This document shows positions 11,661 to 25,384 of a stretch of DNA of 64,000 bases, piece after piece. Position numbers and translations under genes: made by a program. The notes below the pieces were generated by a model. The model worked only from the letters and a program-made list of their open reading frames with translations, was not told where the DNA came from and did not search any database. The stretch's first letter is position 1, and each line of letters starts with the position of its first letter. This DNA comes from the human T2T-CHM13v2.0 reference genome, Homo sapiens, in the NCBI RefSeq assembly GCF_009914755.1, contig NC_060929.1; one strand, written 5' to 3'.

Positions 11661-14600
11661 CTGGCTTAACCCAGACGAGCCCAGGACGCCCTATCCCTGA
11701 ACCCCATCGTGGCGTGCAGGTCTGAGTAGGCTCTGGGCCATGCCGGGGTACCTGGCTTGGAGGCTCTCTTCAGTCTCGGGAGAGATATGCTTATCCCAGG
11801 CGGAGCGGAGAAGGCTGGGGGATGACTGATAGGGGGAGTCGGGAGGGGATGTTGAGCCCTGAGGTGTTGCACTGAGCACGGATCCAGTTCCTCTTGGCTT
11901 TGCCACAAACACAGTGACCTTATGTAGAGTCCTTAGCCTCGGTTTCCCCGTTTGTAAACCATCAGCACCAGCCCATTTTCTCCTGAATTTGGGATTTAGG
12001 GAGCTGGGCTTTGTATACCCCTCCCAGTCTCCTCTCTTGGGGGGTTGCTGAGGGGGTGGAGGTAATGTCTGGACCTAGCAGGGCCTGCCTTACTGCCATG
12101 AGCCCTGGATGCCAGTGGCCAGCCTGCTCGCTGTGCTGAGGGCCAGGCAGGCCCTGGGCACTGAGGCACGTTGTTTGCTGAAACCAAATTTCTGTGCTTG
12201 TGTTTTTCCATAATTATATTAGCAGGTGGGATTTTTCCTCGGGGAAGCAGTGGGAGGGGGAGCGCCATGGCAGTGTCCCCGCCCGCTCTAAGCGTGAGCT
12301 CACACTCAGCTCTGCCCGCCTGCCGTAATGATTTTTTAATTATGCAGCCAGTGCTCGGAATTGCTAATCCCCCTCCAGCCCTGCATCCCCTCCTGCAACT
12401 CACACCCCAGCCCCTGGCTGATGTCCCTAGAGTGGCGGTGCCCAGCCCCGTGCCCATCACTGAGTGCTTGGGACAACCGCCATAGCGGGAGAGAGGGTAG
12501 GTCAGGAAGGGCCGGAGGGGCGCCCCTCCGCCATCTGCAAGTGACAAGACTTGTGGCTCTCTTTGTCTCCCACCCTACCCCTAGACCCAGCATGGCTCAC
12601 ACCTGCCAGGACAGCTATGGCTTTAAATGAGTTTGGGGAGTGATCGGTGCCCACACCAAGTGATGTGGCCACACTCATTTCATGGACATTAGCCTGTCTT
12701 CCCAGCCTTGTGTGACCCCAAGGACACAGGCACACAAGTACAATTTTTGTCACACCCATACTCACGCTTTACTTCCCTTCTACACACACACTCAGCCCCA
12801 CAGCCAAGCTACACACACACACACAATGGCAGGCTCTGCGTGCTTCTCACACATGTAGCCTTACCTGAGGGCGGGGGCACCCTCAGGAGACCCCACTGCT
12901 GCCTCCTGTGCCCTGCAGTGGCCCTGCTCCCACTCCCTTGCCTCCAGACCCCCCAACCCCATCCCCATCCACCCTACTGGGAGGTGCTCCGAGGTCTTCT
13001 GGCTCCCGCCTCATGGGGTGGCTGCCTGTGGCTGGGGCCAGCCTGAGCCTCCATCGACCCTGGCCTGGGGGAGGTGCTGGGGGGGTTCTGCAGCACTGTG
13101 GCGGCGGCTCCTCTCCAGGCGCCCAGCTGTGGCATCTGTCAAGGTCAGATAGCGACTCCGGAACCAGCCGGCTCGGCCCCATGGCCCCTCTCGCCTCATT
13201 ATTTTTGTGTTCCGGGGCTGCGGCGACACCTCCCTCCCTCCTCCTCAGCCTCCCGCCTCTCGCCTGCCTCCCCCACGCCTCTGCAGGGAGGGCCTGCGGT
13301 CTGGGGGCTTTTGTTTTCCAGTTTTTTCCACGCTCAGGCCAGGCAGGCGGGTAGACACTGGCCAGAGCTGTTGGACCTTGAACAGCAGACAAGACAGGTG
13401 TCCCCCTTAGAGCTGGGACAGATTCTCAGCTAGTGGAACCCTGGGTTGGTTTCTCAGAGGCACAAACTGAACCTGGATGGAACCAGCCCCCACCACAGCC
13501 CAGGTGCACCTGTGGGCAGCTTCCTGTTTCCATAGGGGCCCTAGCAGCTGGCACCAGTTCCTGTCTACACCATCCCCGTCCCAGTAGGGCCCCAGACTCA
13601 TACAGCCCAGAGCTCCTGACACAACTCACAGTGCATGCGGACATACACACACTGGCATTCATGCGGCAAAGATGTGTTGACACGTACAGACCAGAAGACT
13701 CCACAAACATCCTCTCACCACGTAAACCACCCTATTCGCACACACGTGCACTTGGACATCCATGTACATTCACAGACTTGGGTCGCACACACATGCCTCC
13801 ACTTTACCCTCAGGGAGGTCACAGAGTCAAAGATCTCCCCCAGCACTGCTACATGATCCCCATATATGCTTTAATGCTGTGGTCTGTAGAGGGCGACATC
13901 TTGAGACTACACACTCAACCGGGCACATTCACAGTCCACTGGACACACACACAGTTGTGCAGCACACCTCCCAGGTAGACACGCGAAAACACACTGTATG
14001 CATTGCTCTCGTCACCATACACACTCCAGCCCCCTGAGCCCGCTCCCAGGTGCCCAGCATCCTTGGGTAGTTATGCCACCCGAGGGGCTTTTGTCCCCCG
14101 AAATACTGGGAAGTGAGCTTGAGGCCTCAGCTTGCTGAGCCCTGTGTCCAGGGAGCCTCGGAGAGTGGGAAATGGTTTGACAAGGACTGCCCGGCCCCTG
14201 CCCAACCTCACTGTGTACACCACTTTAGGCCCAAGAGCGCCAGGATGGCGTGGGATGGGGCGGGGGGTTCCAGGTGTGTCATGATGGGCTTGGTGGCTGC
14301 TGGCAGAGGCAGACTCTGGGGGGTGACCTCAGCTCTGTCTCTGGGTCCCTCCTCCCACCTCCAGCCCCTGATTTGGGTGTGTAAATGTTGGAGGAATGGG
14401 GTGTGGGCAGACTCCAGGCCCCCAGGGTCTCTAGAGTGGCCCTGGCCATCCCCTCTCTTCCTCCTCCAGCTGTGGACTGCTGTGACTGCCCCCAGGAGAG
14501 GAGCTAGATGGAGGCTTAGCAGTGGCTGGGCCCCCACCCCCCAGGAAACTCAAAACCCTGGGCCAGCCGCGGGTGGCGGGTTGGGGCAGGCACAAAGAGG

Positions 14601-14929
14601 GCCTCTGTGCGGCCGGCTGGGCTGCCCACAGGATTCTGGGGGAGGAGGCCGGAGCCGGTTTCCGTCCCGTTCTGCTTCCTGCGGAGGCTGCGGAATGCCC
14701 GGAGCTCTGGCCCAGCCTGCCCCGTCTGGCCCACCCGCAGCCCCTTCCCCATCTTTTCCAGGGCCTTGGGGTACAGCTGCAGACTTCTCTGCAACAGGGC
14801 CCTGAGAGCCACCCTCCAGGACCCAAGGGAAACCTAGGGGATTTCCCCAAGCCGAGAGCTGAACTGGACCTCACCCTTTAGCTGAAGTCTTCCTTCCCTC
14901 CATGTGCTGTGGAACCCTCAGCCAGGGTT

Positions 14930-15515
<586 letters not shown>

Positions 15516-16523
15516 TAAGAGTGGAAGGGACTGGATGCTCCTTGCCACGATAGGTCTCACCTCTTCTACGGTTCAGTCTCAGTCCTGCGTCCTGCTCAAA
15601 ACCCTTCTCTCAAATCAGTTTCCTATCTGCAGATCATATCAGTGACTGATCTCGGCCTCTGGGGCCTTCCTCCTGAGGTCTGGAGGGTGGAGGGGATCGC
15701 TGTCTGGAATCCTTTTTTTCCCCTCTGTATCTCTACCTCCTTCCCCATGATATGCCCTGGGATCGTGACTTCTGCAGTAGTTTGGGGTGAGAAGCAAGAG
15801 CCATTCCTTTCCATTTTACAAATGGGAAACTGAGGCTTAGTGGCGGAAAGAGCTTGGTCAAAGTCACCAGTCAGGGAGGGACAGGGTGGAGCCACAAACC
15901 TAGGCCTCAGGCCTCCAGTTCCCTAGCCAGTCCTAGGCACATATGCCTCCCCCAACCCCAGACACACAAACACACCCCACACAGGAGCCCCAGAAGGACA
16001 GTGCGCCATCTCTGATTTCTTGACTCGTGCATCCCTGGACTAGCCTTCCCTGGCTTGTCCCATGGTGAGGCCCATCAGTAGGGAGGTCCTGAGGGGGTAC
16101 GTGGGCCTGATTTCTGATTGGTGTCAGCTCAGAGATCACCACATTGGGAAATGTTTACTACAAGATTCAGGGGATCCCAGATAGACAAGGCGTCATTACA
16201 CCTGCTTAAGCAAATTGCCTGCTCTAAATGGGGCAATAATAGGACTTCCTTCAGAGATTGGGTATGAGGATAACATGAGATAAAGCATGGACAGTGTGGC
16301 ACATAGGAAGAGCCCCATACTTGTTAGCTATGGTCCCAGGTGACAGATGGGAAAACTGTCTCAGAGGCCAGTTTTTTCCCAAGGTCAAAAAATGGGGAAG
16401 GGTCTTCCTGAACCTTTGACTCTTCCAGGAAAGGAACCTGGCCTGAGGGAGGTGCCTATTGAGGAAAGGGCCTGTCTTTATCAGAGGCATCCCAGGCATC
16501 TCAGTCCCTAGAGCCCCAGGTCA

Positions 16524-16930
<407 letters not shown>

Positions 16931-17667
16931 AAAACAGAGCTCTACATACTCCAGGTTTGCTCAAACCCTTTAGTCCTCAGGCCAAGGCATGGTTGGCACC
17001 CACCCCAGCAGGAGGGGTGTAAGAGGGTCAGGGGTGTGGAGTCAGGGATATAGAAATGCTGTCCCTTGTTCTGTCCTTGGCAGTCAGTCTTGGGGTGACT
17101 CTAGTGGGGTTGAGGCCATGTCTCACCCCAGGCCACCCTCTGGGTGCTCGCAGTGGCCAGTGTGTGGGGGTATGTGTGTCCATCCATAGCTGGATGTGTG
17201 CCCTGTGCTCTCCGCCTGGGGCTGCGTTTCTCCCTGCCTCCAAGACCGGTCTCCCTGGGCTTGAGCAGGGCTTCTTTTTCCCTCTGGAAACTCCCCAGGC
17301 TGAATCATGGAAATCAGAGACGGGACACCCTCCCTTCCACCCCATTGCCCAGCTTGGTTCAACCACCATAGCCTGTGGTCTGCTTTGCCCACCATCAGCC
17401 TGTCTGCGTATTTTGCCTCACTTGGAGGCAGGCCAAGGAGACCGGCCCACCAAGGTGGGGGGGAGGAGACAAGGGCCGGGATGTCAAGTGCTGCATGGAA
17501 GCGTGGAAAGTGGCGCATTGAGCCAGGGTGTGCAGCTCTGCTGGGCCAGTGTTGGGGGTCCTGAAACGCAGCCTCTTCCACGAGCCTCCCTGGGCAGGCA
17601 GAATGGCTGCAAGGCTGGTCAGCCAGCAAGGAATGGCGGGGATGGTGCCTTGGTCAAACCCTGCCCT

Positions 17668-17790
17668 TGGTAGTGGTGATGGTTGCACAACTTTGTTGAT
17701 TTACTAACAATCATTAAATTATATGTATACTTTAATGTGGCAGAATTTTATAGTATGTAAACTATACCTCGATAAAACTGTTTTTTAAAA
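17668..17790 (+). mobile_element. L1M 3'-end fragment
   Basis: gtggtgatggttgcacaac...tttatagtatgtaaactatacctcgataaa is typical of the L1MB/MC 3' terminus. Confidence 0.65.
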
Positions 17791-17798
17791 ATCCTGCC

Positions 17799-17921
17799 AG
17801 CCAGGCGCAGTGGCTCACGCCTATAATCCCAGCATTTTGGGAGGCCCAGGTGAGAGGATTGCTTGATCCTCATAGGAAGACCTCATCCCTACTAAAAATT
17901 AAAATAATAATAATAATAAAA
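17799..17921 (+). mobile_element. Alu monomer (FLAM-like), internally deleted
   Basis: Left-arm Alu sequence followed by an (AAT)n tail. Confidence 0.75.
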
Positions 17922-19167
17922 ATTCTGCCCTTGGCCTCAAGGCCCTGCACAACTGGGACCCTGACAGCCTCATAGACACACCTCACGTCTACTTCCCCAC
18001 CTGCTTAGGCTCTCTTTCATGCCTTTGTCCCCTCTCATTGCTTCTCCTTATCCTTAACTCTCAAACTAGCAGTCCCTTCCTCCAGGAAGGCCTCAGATAG
18101 CTCATTGTGTCCCCTTCCGGCTCTTGTTTCACGCTGGTTCATGTGACTGTGGGCCCAGCTCCTGTGCACTCCTGGAAGGCAGTGCTGGGGTCTGGGTCTG
18201 TGTGCTCTGCTGTCTCTCCGGTATCATAAGGTACAGGGCTGCTGTCGAGGTAGGTGCAGGGAAGATGTGTGCAAAGGAATATCTAGAACATCCAGCTGTG
18301 GGCCACCTGTGTACATGTCTGTGTGCAGATGGCACTATGTCATCCCAGGATGTCCCCTCCTTCCCAGTGCTTTCTGGCCCGAGAGTTCAAGATTGAACCC
18401 TGCGGGGGGTGAAGTGAGGCTCTTCTAGGGCTGAGGGTTGAATAAGGGCACTGCCACCACCTCCAGTGACCTCACTGCCAGCTGGCATTGTGATGTCACT
18501 GGCTTAGCATTCCAGGCCCTGGGCATCTCCAAGTGCCCCAGGTGGGGGCACTCTCCTGGGGTCTGTGACAGCTTGCCCCCAACCACGGAGAGGTGACAGG
18601 CACGGTAACAATCCTGGGGAGTGAGAGCAGCCTTAGGGGTACCTAGGTCACCTGCCTTGGGCCACTCTGTCAATTGCAAAAGTGGCCACAGAACAGGGTG
18701 ACTAACACTTGGGCTCTGGGTTCAAGCTCTACCCCTGCTAGGCACCAGCTGTTTGACCTGAGGCTGACAGCTTGAACCTCTCTGAGCCTAAATTTCCTCA
18801 TGTCTGAAATTGGCAAATAGTTTCTGTCTCCCGGGGTTCTGGGGAGGCATTCAGAAGCTAAGACATGTAAAGCATAAAAGCACAGGGCCTGGGACACAGT
18901 AGATACTCAGTAAATGCTGGTTGATAGGATCCGTTGGTTAAGGAAACCAGAGTGGCAACACAGGTGGTGGGGGCTGGCTAGAAGGGGGCAGGCTCCGTGC
19001 CTTCTGGGGCTGGCCAGAGCCTTAGGGTAGAGGCACGGGGTGGCCTCCACTGCCAGGAAGGTGGCCCCAGGTATGAGTCTCCCTCTCCTTCCAGCTCAGC
19101 CAGTTAGCTGGAGCCTACAGGAGGCATTGGGCCCTGCAGCCATGCTCTGGGGCCAAGAACCCATTAC

Positions 19168-19670
19168 CCCCCACCTCCTCCTCGGTACTCCCCAGTCCTC
19201 CTCCCCAGCCTCCTCCCCACCTCCTCCCAAGTCCTCCTCCCCTGTCTTCTCCCCACCTCCCCCCAAGCCCTCCTCCCCACCTCCTCCACAGTCCTTCTTG
19301 CCACCCTCCTCCCCACCTCCTCCACAGTCCTTCTTGCCACCCTCCTCCCCACCCTCCTCCCCAGCCTCCTCCCCCCAAGCCCTCCTCCCCACCTCCTCCC
19401 CAGTCCTTCTCCCCACCCTCCTCCCCAGCCCTCCTCCCCAGACTCCTCCCCACCCTCCTCCCCAGGCCTCCTCCGCAGATTCCTCCCCATCTCCTCTCCA
19501 GCCTCCTCCCCACCTCCTCCCCAGCCTCCTCCCCACCTCCCCCCAAGCCCTCCTCCCCAGGCTCCTCCCCATCTCCTCCTCAGTCCTTCTCCCCAGTGTC
19601 CTCCCCACCCTCGTCCCCAGCCCTCCTCCCCAGACTCCTCCCCATCTCCTCCCCACCTCCTCTTCTCAGG
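19168..19670. repeat. CT-rich degenerate minisatellite (CCTCCTCCCCA-type ~12-bp units)
   Basis: ~500 bp of mostly C/T with a perfect 36-bp internal duplication. Confidence 0.9.
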
Positions 19671-22606
19671 CCTTGGGCTACACAGTGGGTCTGATCTGGT
19701 CTCCTCGCCACTTCTCCTCTACCCTTCCCTCTGCCTCCCTCTCCTGTGGGCATGCCCAGCTGCCTTCTGGGATTCCCTCCTTAGGGTTGTTTCCTTGTCT
19801 TTTAGACCCTCAAGTCCCTGAGCCTGGACAAGGTGTCCTGGGTCCCTGGGTCTCTGAACCCTGTTACCCCAGACACTGCTTCCCATGACACTGTCTCCAC
19901 TAACCTTGACCCTCTGCCCCTTCCTCTCCAGCTCCCCTTTTCTCTGATCCTCCCCTCTAGTTCTCTGTCTCATGATTCTGTCCCCACCACCTGTCTCTAT
20001 TCTGCCCCCGCATGCCCCTCTGCCCCCCAGCTTTCCATGACTCGTCCCCCCTCAGCCCCCCGTGCTCTGTCCCCGCCCGTCAGCCCCTGGTCCCAGCTCC
20101 CGGCTGGCCGGCTCCTGCATGGACAAAGGGGTCCTTTGTGGGCTGACCGCGGCTGGCGGGGCGGCGGGGCGCTGGCTCCGCATTGCTGATGAAACGGAGC
20201 CCTTTGTTGTCCCTCCTCAGGCGCAGTATTTCTTTTTGGGGGCTGGATGTGTTCCTGGCAGGGCCGATGATGGATGCGCCCGCCGCCGCCCGCCTGCCCG
20301 CCAGCTTTCCCTCCCGCTCATTCCCGCTCCGCTTCAACGCAGCCCTGACTCCTCCCCTGCTGCCTGGGCACTGCCAGGCCCTTCCTGGCCTGGAAGGGGA
20401 TGGCTGTGTGCCCTAGAGTAGAAGACTGGGACCTGGGAGAACGTCCCCTCTATGTCCTCCTCTTCCATGAGTAGGGCAAATGGGGCTTTTGGTCAGGGGT
20501 CCACTGGGACCAGGACATCAGTTTTTCCTAAGGTCTGAAGGAGAAGATGAGCCAGGTACCAGGGCCGATTTGGAACAAGCTTGAGGACCAGATGTTCATG
20601 TCTGTCTACTCTGGATTTGAAAACAGAGTTGTCCCTGTGAGCCAGTCCCCCCGTGTACCCAGCTCCCTTCAACTTCTGTGGCTGAAAAACCATAGTGTTC
20701 TGCCTGCAGCACCTGTTTGTTGACATATCACATCCTCTGGTCCCAAGCTCAGCATGTCCCAGGACCTCAGAGGCTGGGGGTGGGTGGGCCCTGAAGAAGG
20801 ATAGAATAGTGGAAGATCAGAGAAATTCCAAGAGAGGAACAGAACATGAGGTTTGGTCCCCACCAGGAGAGACTCAGGACGGAGACAAAAGCCGAGACAC
20901 TCAGCCAGAGCGCCAGCCCTGAGCGCAGGCCGGCTGTGTTGGAGGGAGCTGACTTCTAATTGACCTGCCCGCCCCGCACGCAGAGCCAGATCCTGGAGCT
21001 GGGAGGAGGGAGGGGGTGAGCAGAGCAGGAGCAGCGTTAATGCAGCTATCGATTTCTGCCACCAGCCAGCAGGCCGCAGAGGCGGGGGACGCACACAGGG
21101 GCTGGGGCGCAGCCTGCTCCCCTCCCCATCTCTGCAGCCCACAAGACACCTGCCTTCTGCCTTCTCCCCTCACCCAGTATCTGGGCTGCCGGGGTTGTCG
21201 TCCAGGGCAGGGCAGATGAGCTTAGTTGGGCAGGAGCTGGATGAGCTGACTTGACGGTTTTTGTCCCTGATCTCACTGACCCTGGTCCCCAACAACTAGC
21301 CAGGGTCACTGATTCCTGAAAGGGTCACCAGTCTCTGAGGAGAGGGGCTGAAAAGACCATCCTGGTCTTGGCCGTTATGAGGTGGGAGGGAACACAGCTA
21401 TCCTTGGACACACATGGTCTTCTTGCTTCAGCTCTGACCTCTGATGCCCCCCAACCCAGCCTGGATTCCCTGCCAGGGCCCCCCGGCTCTGTCCTGGTGG
21501 AATCTGCCATCTTGCCCAGCTCTTCCTCCTCACCCATTTCCCTCTGCTAGGAAGGAGCCCTAGGTGGTCTGGTGCCCACTGGGGAGGGACAGGGAGTATC
21601 TGACTGTTGATGGCGGCTACTCGCCTCACCCTAGAGACAGAGCTTTTCCTTTCCCCACACCCGGTCCTCTTTGGCCACTCCTTAGTCCTGGGGAAGCCCC
21701 CCCTCCCCCCCGCTTGGGGCCTCAGTTTCCCCCTCTGTAAATGCAGAGGGTTGGACTAGATGCTCTCTTGGGACAGGCTTGAGTCCTGTGACTAGGGGGG
21801 TTTTGGGGTTGCCTGGGGACAAAGATCCAGTGTGTGCTGCCCTCAAGCCCAGGGCGTGATGGGGCCCGCCAGATGTGCGCCTCCCCCTTGAGCCTCCAGC
21901 TGCTCTGGGGCTGGGCCCTGTCCTCCCACCCCTCTCCTGGGGCATGCTAGGCCACAGCAGGCAGACAGGGAAGCAAGGCTGGAGAGCCGGGACTGATGAG
22001 GAAACCGCCGCCTTGCTCCATCTGGCCCAGTCCCTTCAGCTGAGGAGGCAGCTCAGACGCCTTAGCCTTGAGACCTGAGTAGAGCAGGCCCTGCCCCGGG
22101 ATGGGCTGCCTTGGAAATATGGAGGTGGCCAGAGGACAGGCTCCTGCTGGGCTCCATTCCCTTGAGGGTCACGCCTACTCCTCAGTGCCAGCCTGCCCCA
22201 GCCAGAGGTCCCTCCTGGCAACAGCCCACCCCGGCTCTCTGGGTTCTCACTGAGACCTCCACCCAGGCCCTACTCTGCAGGCCTTGTGAGGCCTCTGCCC
22301 ACCACCGCCCCCAATCTGGGAGCCAGGCCAGAGCACCACAGTGAGGCCTGAGTAGAGACAAGAATGAGGTCTGAGACGATAATGATTGTGGTTCGGGGGT
22401 TGAGAAGGAAGCGTGTGCCAGGGTGTGCACAAGCATGTCCTCTCACTGTGGCAGGGGACGGCTGGTCCTCTGGCCCTGTGCTGCTCGCCCTGTAGCAGAA
22501 GGGGAGAAGATCCCTGAAATAAGGGTTCTGCACTCATTGGCAAACTGGGTTACACAAAGGCAACCAGGTTCCTTTGCCTGCAGGACATGTCAGAGCCTTG
22601 AAATAA

Positions 22607-23030
<424 letters not shown>

Positions 23031-23336
23031 AATAAGCATCTCCAGCACTCTCCCACCCCAGCACAAGAAGGACTGCCTGCTTCTGGCAGGTCTTCCTAGA
23101 CCCTAGCAGAGCAGATTTGGGCTGTGGAGGCCTGGACTAGGGCCTCCACCATGCCGCTTGGTGGCTGTGTGTTCATAGACTGGTAGTTCTCCTAAATCTT
23201 GTTTCCCTCATCTATAAAGTAGATTACCAGCCACTGCTTCTAGAGTTCTTGTGGGTCTTAACTGAGATAGTACAAATAAGAAATTTCTCACCAGGATGGA
23301 TCTGGTGCTTAATAAATGCCTGGTCAAGCACATGGT

Positions 23337-23349
23337 GGTCAGGATGACA
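23337..23349 (+). promoter_or_regulatory. Estrogen response element GGTCAggaTGACA
   Basis: One mismatch from consensus GGTCAnnnTGACC, ~250 bp upstream of the ATG. CXXC5 is an established ERalpha-responsive gene. Confidence 0.7.
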
Positions 23350-23431
23350 GGACCGTTGATAGTGGCGGTGGTGGCGATGTTGAAGGGGGAGGTGTTCACT
23401 GCTGCCCTGACCCTGTATCCTCTTGTGACAG

Positions 23432-23591
23432 AGTGAAGACATTTCCACCTGGACACCTGACCATGTGCCTGCCCTGAGCAGCGAGGCCCACCAGGCATCT
23501 CTGTTGTGGGCAGCAGGGCCAGGTCCTGGTCTGTGGACCCTCGGCAGTTGGCAGGCTCCCTCTGCAGTGGGGTCTGGGCCTCGGCCCCACC
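23432..23591 (+). other. CXXC5: 5' UTR portion (160 nt) of the first coding exon of CXXC5
   Basis: Acceptor ...ccctgaccctgtatcctcttgtgacag|AGTG at 23431/23432 with a ctgac branch-point-like motif upstream. Confidence 0.8.
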
Positions 23592-24515
23592 ATGTCGAGC
23601 CTCGGCGGTGGCTCCCAGGATGCCGGCGGCAGTAGCAGCAGCAGCACCAATGGCAGCGGTGGCAGTGGCAGCAGTGGCCCAAAGGCAGGAGCAGCAGACA
23701 AGAGTGCAGTGGTGGCTGCCGCCGCACCAGCCTCAGTGGCAGATGACACACCACCCCCCGAGCGTCGGAACAAGAGCGGTATCATCAGTGAGCCCCTCAA
23801 CAAGAGCCTGCGCCGCTCCCGCCCGCTCTCCCACTACTCTTCTTTTGGCAGCAGTGGTGGTAGTGGCGGTGGCAGCATGATGGGCGGAGAGTCTGCTGAC
23901 AAGGCCACTGCGGCTGCAGCCGCTGCCTCCCTGTTGGCCAATGGGCATGACCTGGCGGCGGCCATGGCGGTGGACAAAAGCAACCCTACCTCAAAGCACA
24001 AAAGTGGTGCTGTGGCCAGCCTGCTGAGCAAGGCAGAGCGGGCCACGGAGCTGGCAGCCGAGGGACAGCTGACGCTGCAGCAGTTTGCGCAGTCCACAGA
24101 GATGCTGAAGCGCGTGGTGCAGGAGCATCTCCCGCTGATGAGCGAGGCGGGTGCTGGCCTGCCTGACATGGAGGCTGTGGCAGGTGCCGAAGCCCTCAAT
24201 GGCCAGTCCGACTTCCCCTACCTGGGCGCTTTCCCCATCAACCCAGGCCTCTTCATTATGACCCCGGCAGGTGTGTTCCTGGCCGAGAGCGCGCTGCACA
24301 TGGCGGGCCTGGCTGAGTACCCCATGCAGGGAGAGCTGGCCTCTGCCATCAGCTCCGGCAAGAAGAAGCGGAAACGCTGCGGCATGTGCGCGCCCTGCCG
24401 GCGGCGCATCAACTGCGAGCAGTGCAGCAGTTGTAGGAATCGAAAGACTGGCCATCAGATTTGCAAATTCAGAAAATGTGAGGAACTCAAAAAGAAGCCT
24501 TCCGCTGCTCTGGAG
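23592..24515 (+). CDS. CXXC5: CXXC5 coding exon A (codons 1-308): Ser/Gly/Ala-rich N-terminus, basic NLS KKKRKR, CXXC zinc finger, Dvl-binding KTGHQI motif
   Basis: ATG in CCACCATG context. Translation MSSLGGGSQDAGGSSSSS...KKKRKRCGMCAPCRRRINCEQCSSCRNRKTGHQICKFRKCEELKKKPSAALE matches CXXC5. Donor GAG|GTAACG at 24515/24516, phase 0 (924 nt). Confidence 0.97.
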
Positions 24516-25384
24516 GTAACGGCGCCTTAGAGGGAGGTGTGTGGGCTCTTGTGTCTGTCTGGCAGTCCAAACCCACCCCCATCCCCTGACCCCACTTTTC
24601 CTACCTGGGCAAGTGTCTGGGGGATGCCCCCCCCAGTCCTTGGGGCCTGGGGGTCTGGCTTCAAGACACCAGTTTACTGCCCCAAAAGTCAGAGCCACAT
24701 TCTGAGAATCCTATCAGGCCATAATTTGCAAGGCAAGCATAAAACTCCAGGCAAGGACCTAGCATTCTCAGCCAGGCCCTGGGATTCTGATTCCTCTCCT
24801 GGGTTCTGGGTCAGGTATTGAGATTTCCATACAGGTCCTAAGTTTCTGATGCTCAGACATGGCCTAAAGCATCCAGTCCATGACCTAGAACTCTGGGTCT
24901 CTCCCCTGCCCTGTTTAAGGGATTCTGTTTCACGGGCCCTGTGCCCTTAAGCCCTTCATTTGCCCCTCCAGGGCCATCTTTCCCCCAAGGCCACCCAAGG
25001 ATAGAGCTGTTCCAGTGCTGGGTGCCCTGCTCTGAGGCCTGGAAGGACCCTTGGTCTGGGCACCTAGTTGACAGATTTTTGGGGCTGGGGTAAGGGGAGG
25101 TGACCATGAGCCCGGAGTGGACAAGAACCTAGCCACTGTAGGATTGGCTTGGAGAAGGCAAGGGGTTCCCATGCTGCTATCTCTGCACCCCTGTGGCAGG
25201 GCCCGTCCCTGTGCCCCCAGATGCAGCAACCTAGCTGGAGTGCCAGGCCTGGGTACAAAAGCATCTTTTCAGCCTGCAGTCCCTGCCCTTGTCCCCGCCC
25301 CTCTATGAGTGGGCTTGACGCAAATGTCCAGAATGGTTGGAAAACAACAGTGGTATATCCCAGCCATGGCCTCCTGGTTACCCT

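Noticed and set aside
19040-19888. 282-aa Pro/Ser-rich ORF and Gly/Glu-rich antisense ORFs
   Set aside because: Artefacts of the stop-poor CT-rich minisatellite.
23311-23316. Intronic AATAAA upstream of the ERE
   Set aside because: Lies in old repeat-like sequence; nothing else supports cleavage there.
23592-24530. 312-aa single-exon ORF from the track as the full CXXC5 protein
   Set aside because: The last four residues read into the intron; splicing to 25942 gives the 322-aa protein.
23224-24698. Antisense ORFs (176, 135, 235 aa) over the CXXC5 exon
   Set aside because: Expected shadow ORFs of a GC-rich coding exon; no independent signals.
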